This document shows, one piece after another, positions 50,978 through 61,634 of a DNA stretch of 64,000 nucleotides. Each line of letters begins with the position of its first letter. The stretch's first letter is position 1. The notes below the pieces were generated by a model, which was given only the letters and a program-made list of their open reading frames with translations, was not told the DNA's origin and made no database searches. Position numbers and translations under genes: made by a program. This DNA comes from an uncultured Methanomassiliicoccales archaeon (GTDB lineage Archaea > Thermoplasmatota > Thermoplasmata > Methanomassiliicoccales > UBA472), in assembly GCA_963732855.1 (NCBI GenBank), contig CAVTBB010000002.1:336632-400631 (forward strand), written 5' to 3'.

Positions 50978-51347
50978 TTCTTATTTTATCAGAATTTATT
51001 GCATCAACTTTGTTTTTCACCCAAAGACTTCTTCATAGAGCGGGGAAAGGAATAAACTAAAGAAAGGTGGAGGAGAGGGCAGTCACGCCCCATCATGTTA
51101 CTGTCCTTCAGCATAAACCGTAGGCCGACATCACGCTCCATGATCCACAGCAAAAAGAGTTGCAGCGGCCTTCAGATCGGCGGTCATGATCGACAGACAT
51201 TGATAATCAGAACAGAGAAATGAAAAACGAGTCGCTCATATGATCAAAGAGGAATGGACAGTATTCAAGTCGTAAATTGAAAGCATCCAATAGGTTTAAT
51301 AATATTGATACTGGTTGTCATTCCAGTTATTCAAGTTGGTGCCACAG

Positions 51348-52208
51348 ATGGACCTGGACATTATCCTGGTAATCGTACTCCTATTAGTACTTGGAATTGC
51401 TGTTTTCATAGAACTGAGATACATCAGGTCCAAGAGAAGCGAGGGCATCGAGCGCGCGTTGGAAAAGGACGAATCTTTCAACGCCCTCAATACCACCAAG
51501 GCGGTAGGCCGTGCGCTCAAGGATAAGGGTCGGGACACGGCAAAGGCCGAATTGGAGTTGCTCCGAGGCAGCCTAGCCTATGATCGAGGCGATTACGCGG
51601 AGTGCATGGATTCGGTCAACAAGGCCAAGAAGCTCCTGGATTCAGCTCCAGATATCGGATTCGCAAACGAGGCGTCGAATGGACCTGAGGCCGATGATAG
51701 CACACCAGAAGAAGAACCGATGCAAGAACAAGCTACCATCGCGGATGCTAGGAAACTCCCACCGAACTACCTTGAATCCAAATTCATGATCAAGACCGCT
51801 GGAGATGAGATCGAGCGATTCCGATCGGAAGGCAAGGACGTCTCTGGATCTATGTACTTGCTCGATGAGGCAAGAATCGCGTTCGAATCAAAGGACTATG
51901 ATCTTGCCCTCAGAAAATCTCTCAAGGCTAAGAAAGGTGCCGAATCATCATCCGAGCCAGCTCAGATAGATGTGGTGAAGATAATCCCACCCATCAAGAC
52001 AGTGGAGATAGACATCGTGAAGGATTCTTCGAGTTCATCGGCCTGCAGCAACTGTGGGGCCGATTCCCGGATCGATGATGTGTTCTGCGCTAAATGTGGC
52101 AAACCCATTGTAAGGACGCGAGCATGTACTGCCTGCGGGACGAAATTGTCCGAGGATGACGTGTTCTGCCGTAAATGCGGGACAGAGGTCAAGACCGCAT
52201 ACCATTGA
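51348..52208 (+). CDS. Membrane-anchored helical protein with C-terminal double zinc ribbon
   Basis: N-terminal TM helix; CSNCG..FCAKCG and CTACG..FCRKCG. Confidence 0.75.
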   Translation: MDLDIILVIVLLLVLGIAVFIELRYIRSKRSEGIERALEKDESFNALNTTKAVGRALKDKGRDTAKAELELLRGSLAYDRGDYAECMDSVNKAKKLLDSAPDIGFANEASNGPEADDSTPEEEPMQEQATIADARKLPPNYLESKFMIKTAGDEIERFRSEGKDVSGSMYLLDEARIAFESKDYDLALRKSLKAKKGAESSSEPAQIDVVKIIPPIKTVEIDIVKDSSSSSACSNCGADSRIDDVFCAKCGKPIVRTRACTACGTKLSEDDVFCRKCGTEVKTAYH

Positions 52209-52331
52209 TATGTTTGCTTTGCCATTGCCAATAATGAAGACCCAGTGTTTTGTAAAGCGACTAGCCAGGTTCGAAAATCGACCCTCAGAACATTTTTTAT
52301 ATCGACGGATTCATGCTCGATTGAGTTCTAA

Positions 52332-53108
52332 ATGATACTGGTCAAGCTCGGGGGCAGCGTTATCACCGACAAGACCACCTACCGGACATTCCGGGAAGGG
52401 GCGGTCCGCAGGCTTGCCCGTGAGATGATGACTACCAGCGAAGAGAAGATAGTTGTTCATGGAGCTGGCTCATATGGGCACATCTATGCCAAGGAGTACG
52501 CATTACAGACTGGACTCAAGGAGGAACGCCAGATCGAGGGCGTTGCCAAGGTCATGCAAGATGTACGCGAGTTGGACAATCTGGTCATTGGCGCGTTCAA
52601 CGAAGAGGGGATGTGGTCCGTTGCCGTGCCACCAGCTTCATCGGTGTTAATGAAAGGCGGCATCCTGTCGCATATGGATCTCTGGCCATTCGAACGTTTT
52701 CTACAGATCGGCATCACCCCGATAACCTTTGGCGACGTAGCGCTGGATGACGAAAAAGGAGTTAGCATATGCTCCGGAGACCAGCTCATGATGCGGCTAG
52801 CGGAGCGGTTCAGGCCGAGGAAGGTCATCTTCTGCGCCGACGTGGACGGGTTGTTCACAGCTGATCCGATCAGTGACCCGAACGCGAAGCTCATCGAAGA
52901 GGTCGACAAGAATTCACTTTCATCCATTCCCCGCACGGAACGCTGCGTGGACGTCACAGGGAGCATCTACGCGAAGATCGAATACATGCTCCAAATCGCC
53001 AAACATGCGGGCGAATGCGAGATTATCAATGGGAACGTCCATGGCAGACTGGGGGATGTTATTGCAGACCGTAAGGCAGTCTGTTCTCGGATCATCGGAG
53101 GTAATTGA
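52332..53108 (+). CDS. ipk: Isopentenyl phosphate kinase
   Basis: VKLGGSVITDK, VHGAGSYGH, SGDQ, DVDG, DVTG.I..KI; upstream of IDI-2. Confidence 0.92.
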   Translation: MILVKLGGSVITDKTTYRTFREGAVRRLAREMMTTSEEKIVVHGAGSYGHIYAKEYALQTGLKEERQIEGVAKVMQDVRELDNLVIGAFNEEGMWSVAVPPASSVLMKGGILSHMDLWPFERFLQIGITPITFGDVALDDEKGVSICSGDQLMMRLAERFRPRKVIFCADVDGLFTADPISDPNAKLIEEVDKNSLSSIPRTERCVDVTGSIYAKIEYMLQIAKHAGECEIINGNVHGRLGDVIADRKAVCSRIIGGN

Positions 53109-53109
53109 C

Positions 53110-54177
53110 TTGAAACAGATAGAAAAGAGAAAATCAGACCATATCGAGATCGCCCTGGAGGAGCAGGTCGGCTGCGGATACCGATATTGGGATGATGTAA
53201 AGATGGTCCATTGTGCTCTGCCAGAAGTGGACATGGCCGAGATCGATACGTCCTGCAGGCTGTTCGGCAAGAAGCTGGCCTTCCCATTGATCGTCACCGC
53301 CATCACCGGCGGCTATTCCAAGGCCGAAAAGATCAACCGGAACCTGGCGGAGGCATGCCAAAAGCTTCAGATCGGGATGGGCGTAGGCTCCGAGAGGGCG
53401 GCAGTGGAGAATGGTGCGGATGCGTCCTACACCGTCCTAAAAGAATACGATGTGCCGCTAAAGATCGGGAACGTCGGAGCACCACAGCTCATCAAGCAGA
53501 ACCGCAAGAAGGCCTTCACCGTGGATCAGGTGAAGAAGGCGATGGAGATCATCGACGCGGACGTGATGGCGATCCATCTTAATTTCCTGCAAGAGGTCGC
53601 GCAGCCTGAGGGCGACACTAACGCAAAGGGCTGTGTGGATGCTATCAGGAAGGTGGCAAGGGAAGTGCCTTCGATCGCCAAGGAGACCGGAGCGGGCATA
53701 TCACATGATGTGGCCATGAAGCTCAAAGGCAGCGGGATAATCGGCATGGATATCTCAGGAACGGGAGGGACCAGCTTTTCGGTGGTCGAACGCTTCCGCG
53801 CAGAACGGGTAGGCAACGCCCGATGCGCCGACATAGGAAGGTTGTTCTCCGACTGGGGAATTCCTGCCCCGGCATCCTTGTTGGAGGCGAGAGTAGGATT
53901 GCCGCTCATCGCCAGCGGTGGCGTGGAGGACGGATTGCAGGTGGCCAAGGCAATAGCGCTCGGCGCCAGTTGCGGAGGCATAGCCAGGGGCGTTCTAAAG
54001 GAGGCGATGGTCTCATCAAAGGCCGTCGAGGAGAAGCTCATCCTGATCAGGGAGGAGCTAAGGGCCGCAATGTTCTTGACCGGCTCCGCGGATGTGGCTT
54101 CACTGTCTTCCAAGGATTGCATCGTTACCGGCAAGACCGCCGAGTGGATAACCCAAAAGGACCAGGAGGGGATGTGA
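53110..54177 (+). CDS. fni: Type 2 isopentenyl-diphosphate delta-isomerase (FMN-dependent)
   Basis: RKSDHI, AITGG, MGVGSER, IHLN.LQEVAQPEGD, KETGAG, GGTSF, DWGIP; TTG start inferred. Confidence 0.95.
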   Translation: MKQIEKRKSDHIEIALEEQVGCGYRYWDDVKMVHCALPEVDMAEIDTSCRLFGKKLAFPLIVTAITGGYSKAEKINRNLAEACQKLQIGMGVGSERAAVENGADASYTVLKEYDVPLKIGNVGAPQLIKQNRKKAFTVDQVKKAMEIIDADVMAIHLNFLQEVAQPEGDTNAKGCVDAIRKVAREVPSIAKETGAGISHDVAMKLKGSGIIGMDISGTGGTSFSVVERFRAERVGNARCADIGRLFSDWGIPAPASLLEARVGLPLIASGGVEDGLQVAKAIALGASCGGIARGVLKEAMVSSKAVEEKLILIREELRAAMFLTGSADVASLSSKDCIVTGKTAEWITQKDQEGM

Positions 54178-54178
54178 A

Positions 54179-55168
54179 ATGGAGTTCCCTGAGGAAATGA
54201 TCACTATAGCAAATGATGTGGACAAGAGCCTGATGGCATATCTGGACATCGGGAAGCATGAGAAGCTGCGCCAGGCCATGAAACACTACCCGGAGGCTGG
54301 TGGAAAGCGTATGCGCCCAGTGATGGCCATTCTGGTCGCCGAGGCGGTCGGCAAGAAGGGGCATAAGGCAATGCCGTTCGGCTGCTCTCTTGAGATCATA
54401 CACAATTTCACCCTGGTGCATGACGATGTCATCGACCAGGACCCGGTCAGGCGGGGAAGGCCAGCTGTCCACGTTCTGTTCGATGTTCCCACCGCGATCA
54501 TCGCCGGTGACGCCCTGTTCGCCATCGGCTATGAGGTGTTGTCCGAGACCGACGTCGGTCTGGAGGACCTCCGGACCATTTTCCACTCCGTCTCCGAGAC
54601 CGTTTACTTGATCGCTGAAGGGCAACAGATGGACGTCGATTTCGAAGGAACTGTCACTGTAAAGATCGAAGAGTACGTGGAAATGGTGGAGAAGAAGACC
54701 GCGGTACTGTTCGCCTGCGCTGCCGAAGGCGGCGCCATCATTGGCGGCGGGACCAAGAAGCAGGTCGCCGACATGAAGGAGTACGCCCGCCTGATGGGCA
54801 TAGGGTTCCAAATGTGGGATGACGTGCTGGGCATCAAGGGCGACACCAAGAAGACCGGTAAACCGGTCGGCTCCGACATCAGGAACGGCAAAAGGACGCT
54901 GATCATTGTCCATGCCATGGAGCATCTGAAGGAAGGCTCCAAGGACAAGGCGACATTACTCGCTGCCCTTGGCAAAGCGGACGCTACTGATGCTCAGGTG
55001 AAAGATGCGATCGGCTTGCTGGAAAAGATCGGTTCGATCGAGTACGCCCGCACCGAGGCGATGCGCTATGCGACCGAGGCGAAACAGAAGCTCGAATGCC
55101 TCGGTCCAAGCCGCGAGAAGGATGTGCTTGCGGCGTTCGTTGATTTCGCGGTAGGACGAGAGGCTTGA
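54179..55168 (+). CDS. idsA: Geranylgeranyl diphosphate synthase (polyprenyl synthase)
   Basis: GGKRMRP, VHDDVID...RRG, GQQMD, KKTA, FQMWDD. Confidence 0.93.
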   Translation: MEFPEEMITIANDVDKSLMAYLDIGKHEKLRQAMKHYPEAGGKRMRPVMAILVAEAVGKKGHKAMPFGCSLEIIHNFTLVHDDVIDQDPVRRGRPAVHVLFDVPTAIIAGDALFAIGYEVLSETDVGLEDLRTIFHSVSETVYLIAEGQQMDVDFEGTVTVKIEEYVEMVEKKTAVLFACAAEGGAIIGGGTKKQVADMKEYARLMGIGFQMWDDVLGIKGDTKKTGKPVGSDIRNGKRTLIIVHAMEHLKEGSKDKATLLAALGKADATDAQVKDAIGLLEKIGSIEYARTEAMRYATEAKQKLECLGPSREKDVLAAFVDFAVGREA

Positions 55169-55200
55169 AACCACTTTCAGTTCTATTACATTTTTGAATA

Positions 55201-55869
55201 TCAACAGGTTATGCCCCAGTCCACCAGGGCGAACTCACCAGACCGGCCCTCCGCCAGGTGGCGATGCTTCATGATGATGGCCCGGCGGCGCCCGGTTCCC
55301 ACCCTTTCCAACTTAATGATGGTCTTGGAATTGTGCATTAGAACGTTACCACCCAACGCCTCGAACGTTCCCTTGTCGATGTCGGTGTACACCTGGGAAG
55401 TGACAAGCACAGGCAGTCCCTTCTTCCTCGCCAAGGTCAACAAACGGGCGCTCATGCCCGCTATGGAACGTCTCTCGCTACGTTCCTCCTCCCTCGATGT
55501 GAGCCGGTAGTACATGGTCATGGAATCAATGACGATCAGGCCAAAGTCCGAGTTCCCTTCAGCCAGCTTGATGGCCTTATCCACCATGGTCTCCTGCTCG
55601 GTGAACGAGTGGACCTCGGAGAAGAGCACGTTCCTGGTCACTTCCTCGTAATCCTTCCCTGAGATCTGGCGCAACCTTTCGACCGATACTCCTTCGCTAT
55701 CGACGTAGATGACCTTCTTGCCCGTCCTGGCTACATTCCTGGCAAGTACCAAGCACAGGTTCGTCTTCCCTGTGCCGGCCTCGCCATAGAGCAGCGTAAT
55801 GCAGCTGGTCTCGATGCCCCCTCCGAGCATCGCGTCGAGGGCCCCACATTCGGTCGGGATATATTCCAC
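55201..55869 (-). CDS. radB: DNA repair protein RadB
   Basis: GEAGTGKTN, VIDS, TSQVY, KHR at the C-terminus; lacks the RadA N-terminal domain. Confidence 0.92.
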   Translation of the reverse strand: MEYIPTECGALDAMLGGGIETSCITLLYGEAGTGKTNLCLVLARNVARTGKKVIYVDSEGVSVERLRQISGKDYEEVTRNVLFSEVHSFTEQETMVDKAIKLAEGNSDFGLIVIDSMTMYYRLTSREEERSERRSIAGMSARLLTLARKKGLPVLVTSQVYTDIDKGTFEALGGNVLMHNSKTIIKLERVGTGRRRAIIMKHRHLAEGRSGEFALVDWGITC

Positions 55870-56084
55870 GGAGTGTGAACATCCTCTCAACGTTAAAGTC
55901 TTTCCAGAATTATCGCAGCTGGCAAACTGGACATTCGACCAAGGAACGGACACCAGTTCCTAGAATGACCGACTAATCAAAGCGCAAGGAGACATCCGAT
56001 CCAGGTCCACCGATGGGGATGTAGTGTTTGGGTAAGCTGAATCTAGCGGTCGGATATGCATCCCCCTGGACCGATCGATCACTC

Positions 56085-57971
56085 ATGACCGACACCAAGT
56101 GCCTGGAGTGCGGCACCCAGGAACGACCGGATCTATTCCCTTACGATCAAATCAGGGAAGGGCAGCGTCAGTTCCTGGAGGACGCCAGATCATGTATGAA
56201 GAACAAGATCAACCTGCTGGCCCATGCGCCAACCGGACTTGGGAAGACCGCAGTGGCACTCACGGCAGCATTGGAGACCTCGATGCCGAACGATGGTTTC
56301 GTGTTCTTCCTCACCGCGCGCCAATCCCAACACGCCGCGGCGATCGAGACGCTCCGACACATATGGAAAAAGCGGAGGGTCAAGGCAGTGGACATCATCT
56401 CCCGGGAAGATACCTGCCTATGCCGGAAGAAGGGAAGCGGCGTGCCCTGCATCTCGTCCGGTGACTGTTACTTCCTCGACGAAGGCAGGATAAATGAGGC
56501 TGCCGGCAAGCTGCTCGAGTACCCGTTGCATGTGCAGGAGGTGATCCGGATGTGCATCCGGGTCGGCGCCTGCCCCCATCATGCGGCGATGAAGGCGCTG
56601 GCGACCGCGGATATCGTTGTGTGCGACTACAACCAGGTGTTCGGAGATGTGAACACCACGCTGCTCGACCGAGCGGCCAGGAGGTCGGAGGAGGCGATCC
56701 TGATCATTGACGAAGGGCACAACCTGCCCACACGCATCATGGAGAACAATAGCCATGTCCTGACCCGTGAGATGCTGAGGCGGGCCTGCAATAGCACCGG
56801 GAACCGCCGCTTCCGCTCCATATTCGAATCCATCGAAAGGAGGATGGACGACGCGGCATCGTTGGCCGGCGATCCATATTTGGAACCGGCGGCGCTCGAT
56901 GAGATGCTCGTGTCCGAATTCTCAGTTGACTGCCCGCAACTGGCCGACGAGATGGACCGGTATTTCATCGGCCGTAGCCGCCATTCGGTCGATGACCTGA
57001 TAGCGTTCATGGCAAACTGGCGCTCGTTTGGTGACTCGACTGTAAGGTATGTCGAGAAGCACCCCGCAAGGATCGTGACCCGGTTCATCGAGCCTTCCCT
57101 GGTTTCTACCGCCGTCTTCGACAGGGTGCGGTGTTCTCTCATCATGTCCGGGACGCTTCATCCCCCGGAAATGTTCGCGGATGTGCTTGGGCTTTCAGAT
57201 CGGTGTGCCTGCCGGCGATACCCCTCACCCTTCCCGGCGAGAAACCGCTTAGTGCTGGGCGTTGAGGGTGTTTCGTCAAAATATGACCTTCGGACGGATG
57301 ACATGTTCCGGACCATGGCCGCCAAGATAATAGAGACCTGCGAGACGACGCCGGGCAATGTGGCAGCATTCTTCCCCTCCTACGATTTTATGCAACGGGT
57401 AGAACCGTTCATCCGGGAGGGACATATGGAAAAACGTATCCTTATGGAGCGAAGAGAGTTCGGCAAGAACGAGAAGGATGCGATCATCTCCGACCTGAGA
57501 AGAGACAGGAACGCGATCCTCATGGCAACGATTGGAGGTTCTTTCTCCGAAGGGGTCAACTACAGCGACAACCTCCTTTCGTCGATCGTGGTAGCTGGGT
57601 TCCCGTTTTCCCCACCCACCCTGGAGGGGGAGTTGATGAAGGCCCGCTACGAGAAACGATATGGTGCCAGGAAAGCCATCCTGTACGTCTCGACCTATCC
57701 AGCGGTGTCAAGGGTGTTGCAGGCGGCCGGAAGGGCCATCCGGAGCGAGTTCGACCGGGCTGCCATAATACTCCTGGACGAGAGATATCTGAACCCGGCG
57801 ATGCAGTCCGCCTTCCCTGAGGATTTCCAGATTAGCAAAGCCCGGGACCTGGGTGAGACGCTTTCGCAGTTCCACGAAAATGAAGATGAGGTCGCAGGGA
57901 GCCACGACCCCATCGCTGGGGAGGGCGGAGATACAGCCGATCCGGTTGAGGCAGGTGATGCCAGACCCTGA
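56085..57971 (+). CDS. XPD/Rad3/DinG-family Fe-S DNA helicase
   Basis: APTGLGKT, Cys cluster ending CPH, IDEGHNL, MSGTL, SEGVN, QAAGRAIRS. Confidence 0.9.
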   Translation: MTDTKCLECGTQERPDLFPYDQIREGQRQFLEDARSCMKNKINLLAHAPTGLGKTAVALTAALETSMPNDGFVFFLTARQSQHAAAIETLRHIWKKRRVKAVDIISREDTCLCRKKGSGVPCISSGDCYFLDEGRINEAAGKLLEYPLHVQEVIRMCIRVGACPHHAAMKALATADIVVCDYNQVFGDVNTTLLDRAARRSEEAILIIDEGHNLPTRIMENNSHVLTREMLRRACNSTGNRRFRSIFESIERRMDDAASLAGDPYLEPAALDEMLVSEFSVDCPQLADEMDRYFIGRSRHSVDDLIAFMANWRSFGDSTVRYVEKHPARIVTRFIEPSLVSTAVFDRVRCSLIMSGTLHPPEMFADVLGLSDRCACRRYPSPFPARNRLVLGVEGVSSKYDLRTDDMFRTMAAKIIETCETTPGNVAAFFPSYDFMQRVEPFIREGHMEKRILMERREFGKNEKDAIISDLRRDRNAILMATIGGSFSEGVNYSDNLLSSIVVAGFPFSPPTLEGELMKARYEKRYGARKAILYVSTYPAVSRVLQAAGRAIRSEFDRAAIILLDERYLNPAMQSAFPEDFQISKARDLGETLSQFHENEDEVAGSHDPIAGEGGDTADPVEAGDARP

Positions 57972-58056
57972 GGGCCGTCGTACGACCTGGGACCCGACGT
58001 TCATCGGATTTGAACTGCATGCAAAAGGTTATTACTCCGAGCACAGGTTTTCTTGC

Positions 58057-58671
58057 GTGGATATAATCAGACGCGGTGCGGAGGCCGAGATCGGCCGTGA
58101 CATTTGGATGGGGAGGAAGGTCATTGTGAAAAGCAGAGTGGCCAAAGGCTATCGCCATCCAGATCTGGACACTTCCATCCGTGTGACCCGCACCAAGAAC
58201 GAGGCACGTCTGATCCAGGAGGCCAGGAGGCAAGGCGTCCCGACCCCTATCATCTACGACATCGATCTAAAGAACGGAAAGATCGTGATGGAGGAGATCG
58301 AGGGTGAACGGGTGAAGGACGTGCTCGATTCCACCGATATGGACAGTTGCCGCACGATATGCAGTGAGATCGGCCGACTAGTGGCGCTCCTCCATAAGGC
58401 GGCCATCACCCATGGGGACCTAACCACCTCGAACATGATCATGCGCGACGGAAGGATCTGGTTCATCGATCTTTCACTGGGTACACGAAATGCCATGATC
58501 GAGGACATGGGGGTGGACCTGCACCTCCTCAAAGAGGCGTTCCAGTCAGCTCATTCCAAGATACTGCCGATGTATGATGTGATCCTCGCCTCCTACCGTT
58601 CCAATTTCGAACGGGGGAACGAAGTCCTAAAGAAGATCAAGGAGATAGAAGACCGGGGTAGGTATACATGA
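58057..58671 (+). CDS. bud32: KEOPS complex kinase Bud32
   Basis: GAEA, K.R..KGYRHP.LD, EAR, HGDLTTSN, IDLSLG; GTG start inferred. Confidence 0.93.
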   Translation: MDIIRRGAEAEIGRDIWMGRKVIVKSRVAKGYRHPDLDTSIRVTRTKNEARLIQEARRQGVPTPIIYDIDLKNGKIVMEEIEGERVKDVLDSTDMDSCRTICSEIGRLVALLHKAAITHGDLTTSNMIMRDGRIWFIDLSLGTRNAMIEDMGVDLHLLKEAFQSAHSKILPMYDVILASYRSNFERGNEVLKKIKEIEDRGRYT

Positions 58672-59237
58672 GAGAGCTCGCGATCGTAACGTCCAATATG
58701 GGAAAGCTGGAGGAATTCAAGGCTGGCCTAGAACCTATGGGCTTCAAGGTGATCCAGCTTGATGTCGATTGCGACGAGATCCAAACCGATACCTTGGAAG
58801 AGGTGGTTAAGAGCTGCGTCGCCCAGGTCGAACTGATGGGCTATAACGATTTCGTCCTTGACGATTCGGGGCTTTTCCTAAACAACTACGACGGATTCCC
58901 CGGAGTGTATTCCGCATACGCCTTCAAGACCATCGGATGCAAGGGCATCCTCAAGCTCCTAGACCGCGAACCGGAAAGGAGCGCCCATTTCGAATGCGTC
59001 ATCGGCTGCAGTATACAGGACGTGGGCCGTATCTTCGTCAAAGGATCGTGCCCTGGATGGATTGACTACACCGAAAGGGGCAAGGTCGGCTTCGGTTTCG
59101 ATCCGATCTTCGTTCCTGACGGTTCGAGTAAGAGCTTCGGGGAGATGTCCATGGAGGAGAAGAACAAGATCTCCCACCGGGGCATCGCCACGAAGCAATT
59201 GTGCGAACAGCTCAAGTGGAGATTGGGGGAGAAGTGA
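58668..59237 (+). CDS. rdgB: Non-canonical purine NTP pyrophosphatase (RdgB/HAM1)
   Basis: TSNMGK, DDSGL, GFPGVYS, FGFDPIF, KNKISHRG. Confidence 0.95.
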   Translation: MRELAIVTSNMGKLEEFKAGLEPMGFKVIQLDVDCDEIQTDTLEEVVKSCVAQVELMGYNDFVLDDSGLFLNNYDGFPGVYSAYAFKTIGCKGILKLLDREPERSAHFECVIGCSIQDVGRIFVKGSCPGWIDYTERGKVGFGFDPIFVPDGSSKSFGEMSMEEKNKISHRGIATKQLCEQLKWRLGEK

Positions 59238-60205
59238 TGAGGCTCACCGGCCGGAAGATATTTGTCACCGGTTGCGCCGGTTTCATAGGCAGCCACATGG
59301 TCGATGCCCTGCTTCGTAACGACAACGAAGTCGTCGGCATTGACAACCTGGCCGCCGGCAAGATGGCCTTTCTTAACGATGCGCATCGGTCCAAGCGCTT
59401 CAAGTTCATTCCACTGGACCTGCTCAAGAAGGACATTGCGCCGGCGATGAACGAATGCGAAGTGGTATTTCACTTCGCGGCCAACCCGGACGTCCGGCAG
59501 GGCCCATCTAACACCAGGGCCCATTTCGACCAGAACATTGAGGTGACCTTCCGGGTCCTGGAGGCGATGAAGGACCTCGGGATCAAGAACATCGCGTTCC
59601 CTTCCACATCCACCGTCTACGGCGAGGCCACCCAGATCCCTACCCGAGAGGATTACGGGCCGCTTGTGCCCATAAGCATCTACGGAGCTTCGAAGCTGGC
59701 CTGCGAAGCGCTGATCGCATCGTATGCTTATACCTTCGACATGGAGGCAGTCCTCTACCGTTTCGCCAACGTGGTCGGTTCGAGAAGCACCCACAACGTC
59801 ATCCACGACTTCATATACAAGCTCGAGAAAGATCGCGCCAGGCTCGAGATCCTAGGTGCAGAGCCTGGCACGAACAAGTCTTATGTTCATGTGTCGGACT
59901 GCGTCGAGGGCATGCTGGTCGGAGGGGAGAAGGCAACCTCCCGGGTCGAGATCTACAACATAGGATCGGAGGATACATTGGACGTCAAGGGTATCGCCGA
60001 CGCCGTGGTTGGGGGCATGAGGCTTGAGAACGTCCGGTACGATTGGACCGGCGGGGTCCAGGGCGGAAGGGGCTGGATCGGTGATGTCAAGCGGATGCGG
60101 CTGGACGTGGAACATCTCAAGTCGAAAGGATGGTCACCCAAGCTGAACTCAGGTCAGGCCATCCAAAGGGCGGTAAACGAGATCCTGGCCTCCAAACATT
60201 TGTGA
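59237..60205 (+). CDS. NAD-dependent nucleotide-sugar epimerase/dehydratase (GalE-like)
   Basis: TGCAGFIGSH, STSTVYG, YGASK. Confidence 0.9.
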   Translation: MRLTGRKIFVTGCAGFIGSHMVDALLRNDNEVVGIDNLAAGKMAFLNDAHRSKRFKFIPLDLLKKDIAPAMNECEVVFHFAANPDVRQGPSNTRAHFDQNIEVTFRVLEAMKDLGIKNIAFPSTSTVYGEATQIPTREDYGPLVPISIYGASKLACEALIASYAYTFDMEAVLYRFANVVGSRSTHNVIHDFIYKLEKDRARLEILGAEPGTNKSYVHVSDCVEGMLVGGEKATSRVEIYNIGSEDTLDVKGIADAVVGGMRLENVRYDWTGGVQGGRGWIGDVKRMRLDVEHLKSKGWSPKLNSGQAIQRAVNEILASKHL

Positions 60206-60213
60206 TCATCTGA

Positions 60214-61365
60214 TCAGAAAGGAAGCAGACCGGTATCATGATTCAGACCGGTCGCATCAACCTGTGACAACCAGATACTGGACTCGAACGACCAGGAGTA
60301 TTGAACATCACAAAGCACCGGGCCAGACAGGGTGGCCAATCCTCCGGCATAAGGGAAACCGGTAGTGTCGATGATCATCCAGTAACCGGTCGTATCGTTG
60401 AGGAAGTTGACCGGGACCTCGGTCTGGTAATGAGAGGAGATCGCCTTGCTGACATTGGTCAGGACGCTTTTGTCTGATCCCACATAGACTGAAGGGAAGG
60501 CATGGCCATCGATCACGTTCACCCGTGCGTTGCCGCCCAACTTATTGATCATGGAAGCCAGCAATATCGCTTGGTCCTCGCAATCCCCTGAACGCCATGA
60601 AAGCGTCTCGCTTGCACTTTGCCAGTAATCTTGCGCGTCATCGGTGTAAACGATGTTCTCCCTAACCCAATCGAACGCTTCAGCCACTGCCTGTATGCTG
60701 TAGACGTTCGAATTATTGGCCAGAATGTTGGACACGATGTCCTTGGTCGCCTCGGGATCGACCCGCTTGTTGATCTTGGAATAGTAGACCGCATTGTTAG
60801 TTGTGGTGGAATGGTTGAGATAGCTGAGCGGCGGTATCAGGTGGACATGTTTGGATCCTGACATCCCGTAGGTCCCGATGTCCTTCCAGCCTGTACCCCT
60901 CTCGTTCTGGATCTCCACCTTCAACTTGATCGTATAGTACCCTTCGGAAATGTTTGCTGGAGCGCTAAAAAATAGGAAACCCAGCATTCCATCTTGACCG
61001 GGCAAGATGATGGTCGATGTGTTCCGCCAGGTCTCGACCGTCGAATCTTCCCATATGACGCCAAATCCATACACGTATATCGGTGTCGGATCGTTGTTCG
61101 TAACTGTGATGTTGATCACCCCACCGTACCCCGAATAGACCGGTGTGAGGGTCCAGCTCATTTTGAGGTCCAGTGAAGGAGCGGTGACAGAGGGTTTGTG
61201 ATAGATGCGCTCGATCGGCGAATCGATGACGATGGAGGGGGCGCTCAGGGAACTGACCTCAAAACCGGTCGGTGTCCTTGAATTGACGAACGCGACGAAC
61301 GACCCAGACATGACCAAAGCTAGCGCGATCACTAATGTTATCGCCAGTAGGACTAGCTTACGCAT
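60214..61365 (-). CDS. Secreted transglutaminase-like cysteine protease domain protein
   Basis: Signal/TM N-terminus; FDWVRENI.Y, GDCEDQAILLAS, HAF. Confidence 0.8.
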   Translation of the reverse strand: MRKLVLLAITLVIALALVMSGSFVAFVNSRTPTGFEVSSLSAPSIVIDSPIERIYHKPSVTAPSLDLKMSWTLTPVYSGYGGVINITVTNNDPTPIYVYGFGVIWEDSTVETWRNTSTIILPGQDGMLGFLFFSAPANISEGYYTIKLKVEIQNERGTGWKDIGTYGMSGSKHVHLIPPLSYLNHSTTTNNAVYYSKINKRVDPEATKDIVSNILANNSNVYSIQAVAEAFDWVRENIVYTDDAQDYWQSASETLSWRSGDCEDQAILLASMINKLGGNARVNVIDGHAFPSVYVGSDKSVLTNVSKAISSHYQTEVPVNFLNDTTGYWMIIDTTGFPYAGGLATLSGPVLCDVQYSWSFESSIWLSQVDATGLNHDTGLLPF

Positions 61366-61482
61366 GCTCGAACGGACGTCCAGGCAGGTATATTATGCTT
61401 TCATTTTGTATCACGGGTGCTGAAAATATACACAGTGGGCTCAGCAACCTTTATTGATTAGTTGTGCATTAGCGGCTCACAC

Positions 61483-61560
61483 GGGTTTGTGGGGTAGCTT
61501 GGTCCATCCTTCGGGCTTTGGGAGCCTGAGACCCCGATTCAAATTCGGGCAGACCCACCA
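61483..61560 (+). tRNA. tRNA-Pro(TGG), CCA encoded
   Basis: Acceptor GGGTTTG/CAGACCC, anticodon arm CGGGC-TTTGGGA-GCCTG, T-arm CCCGA-TTCAAAT-TCGGG. Confidence 0.95.
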
Positions 61561-61634
61561 TTTTTCCAATCCATTACATTTATTTTTCTCCGGAACTAAA
61601 AGTTTTATCCTTTCTGGACATCCGAGTGGAGCTA

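Noticed and set aside
51080-51200. C/D box sRNA on the minus strand (GTGATGT...CTGA...ATGATG)
   Set aside because: The terminal D box is missing and guide spacing is atypical.
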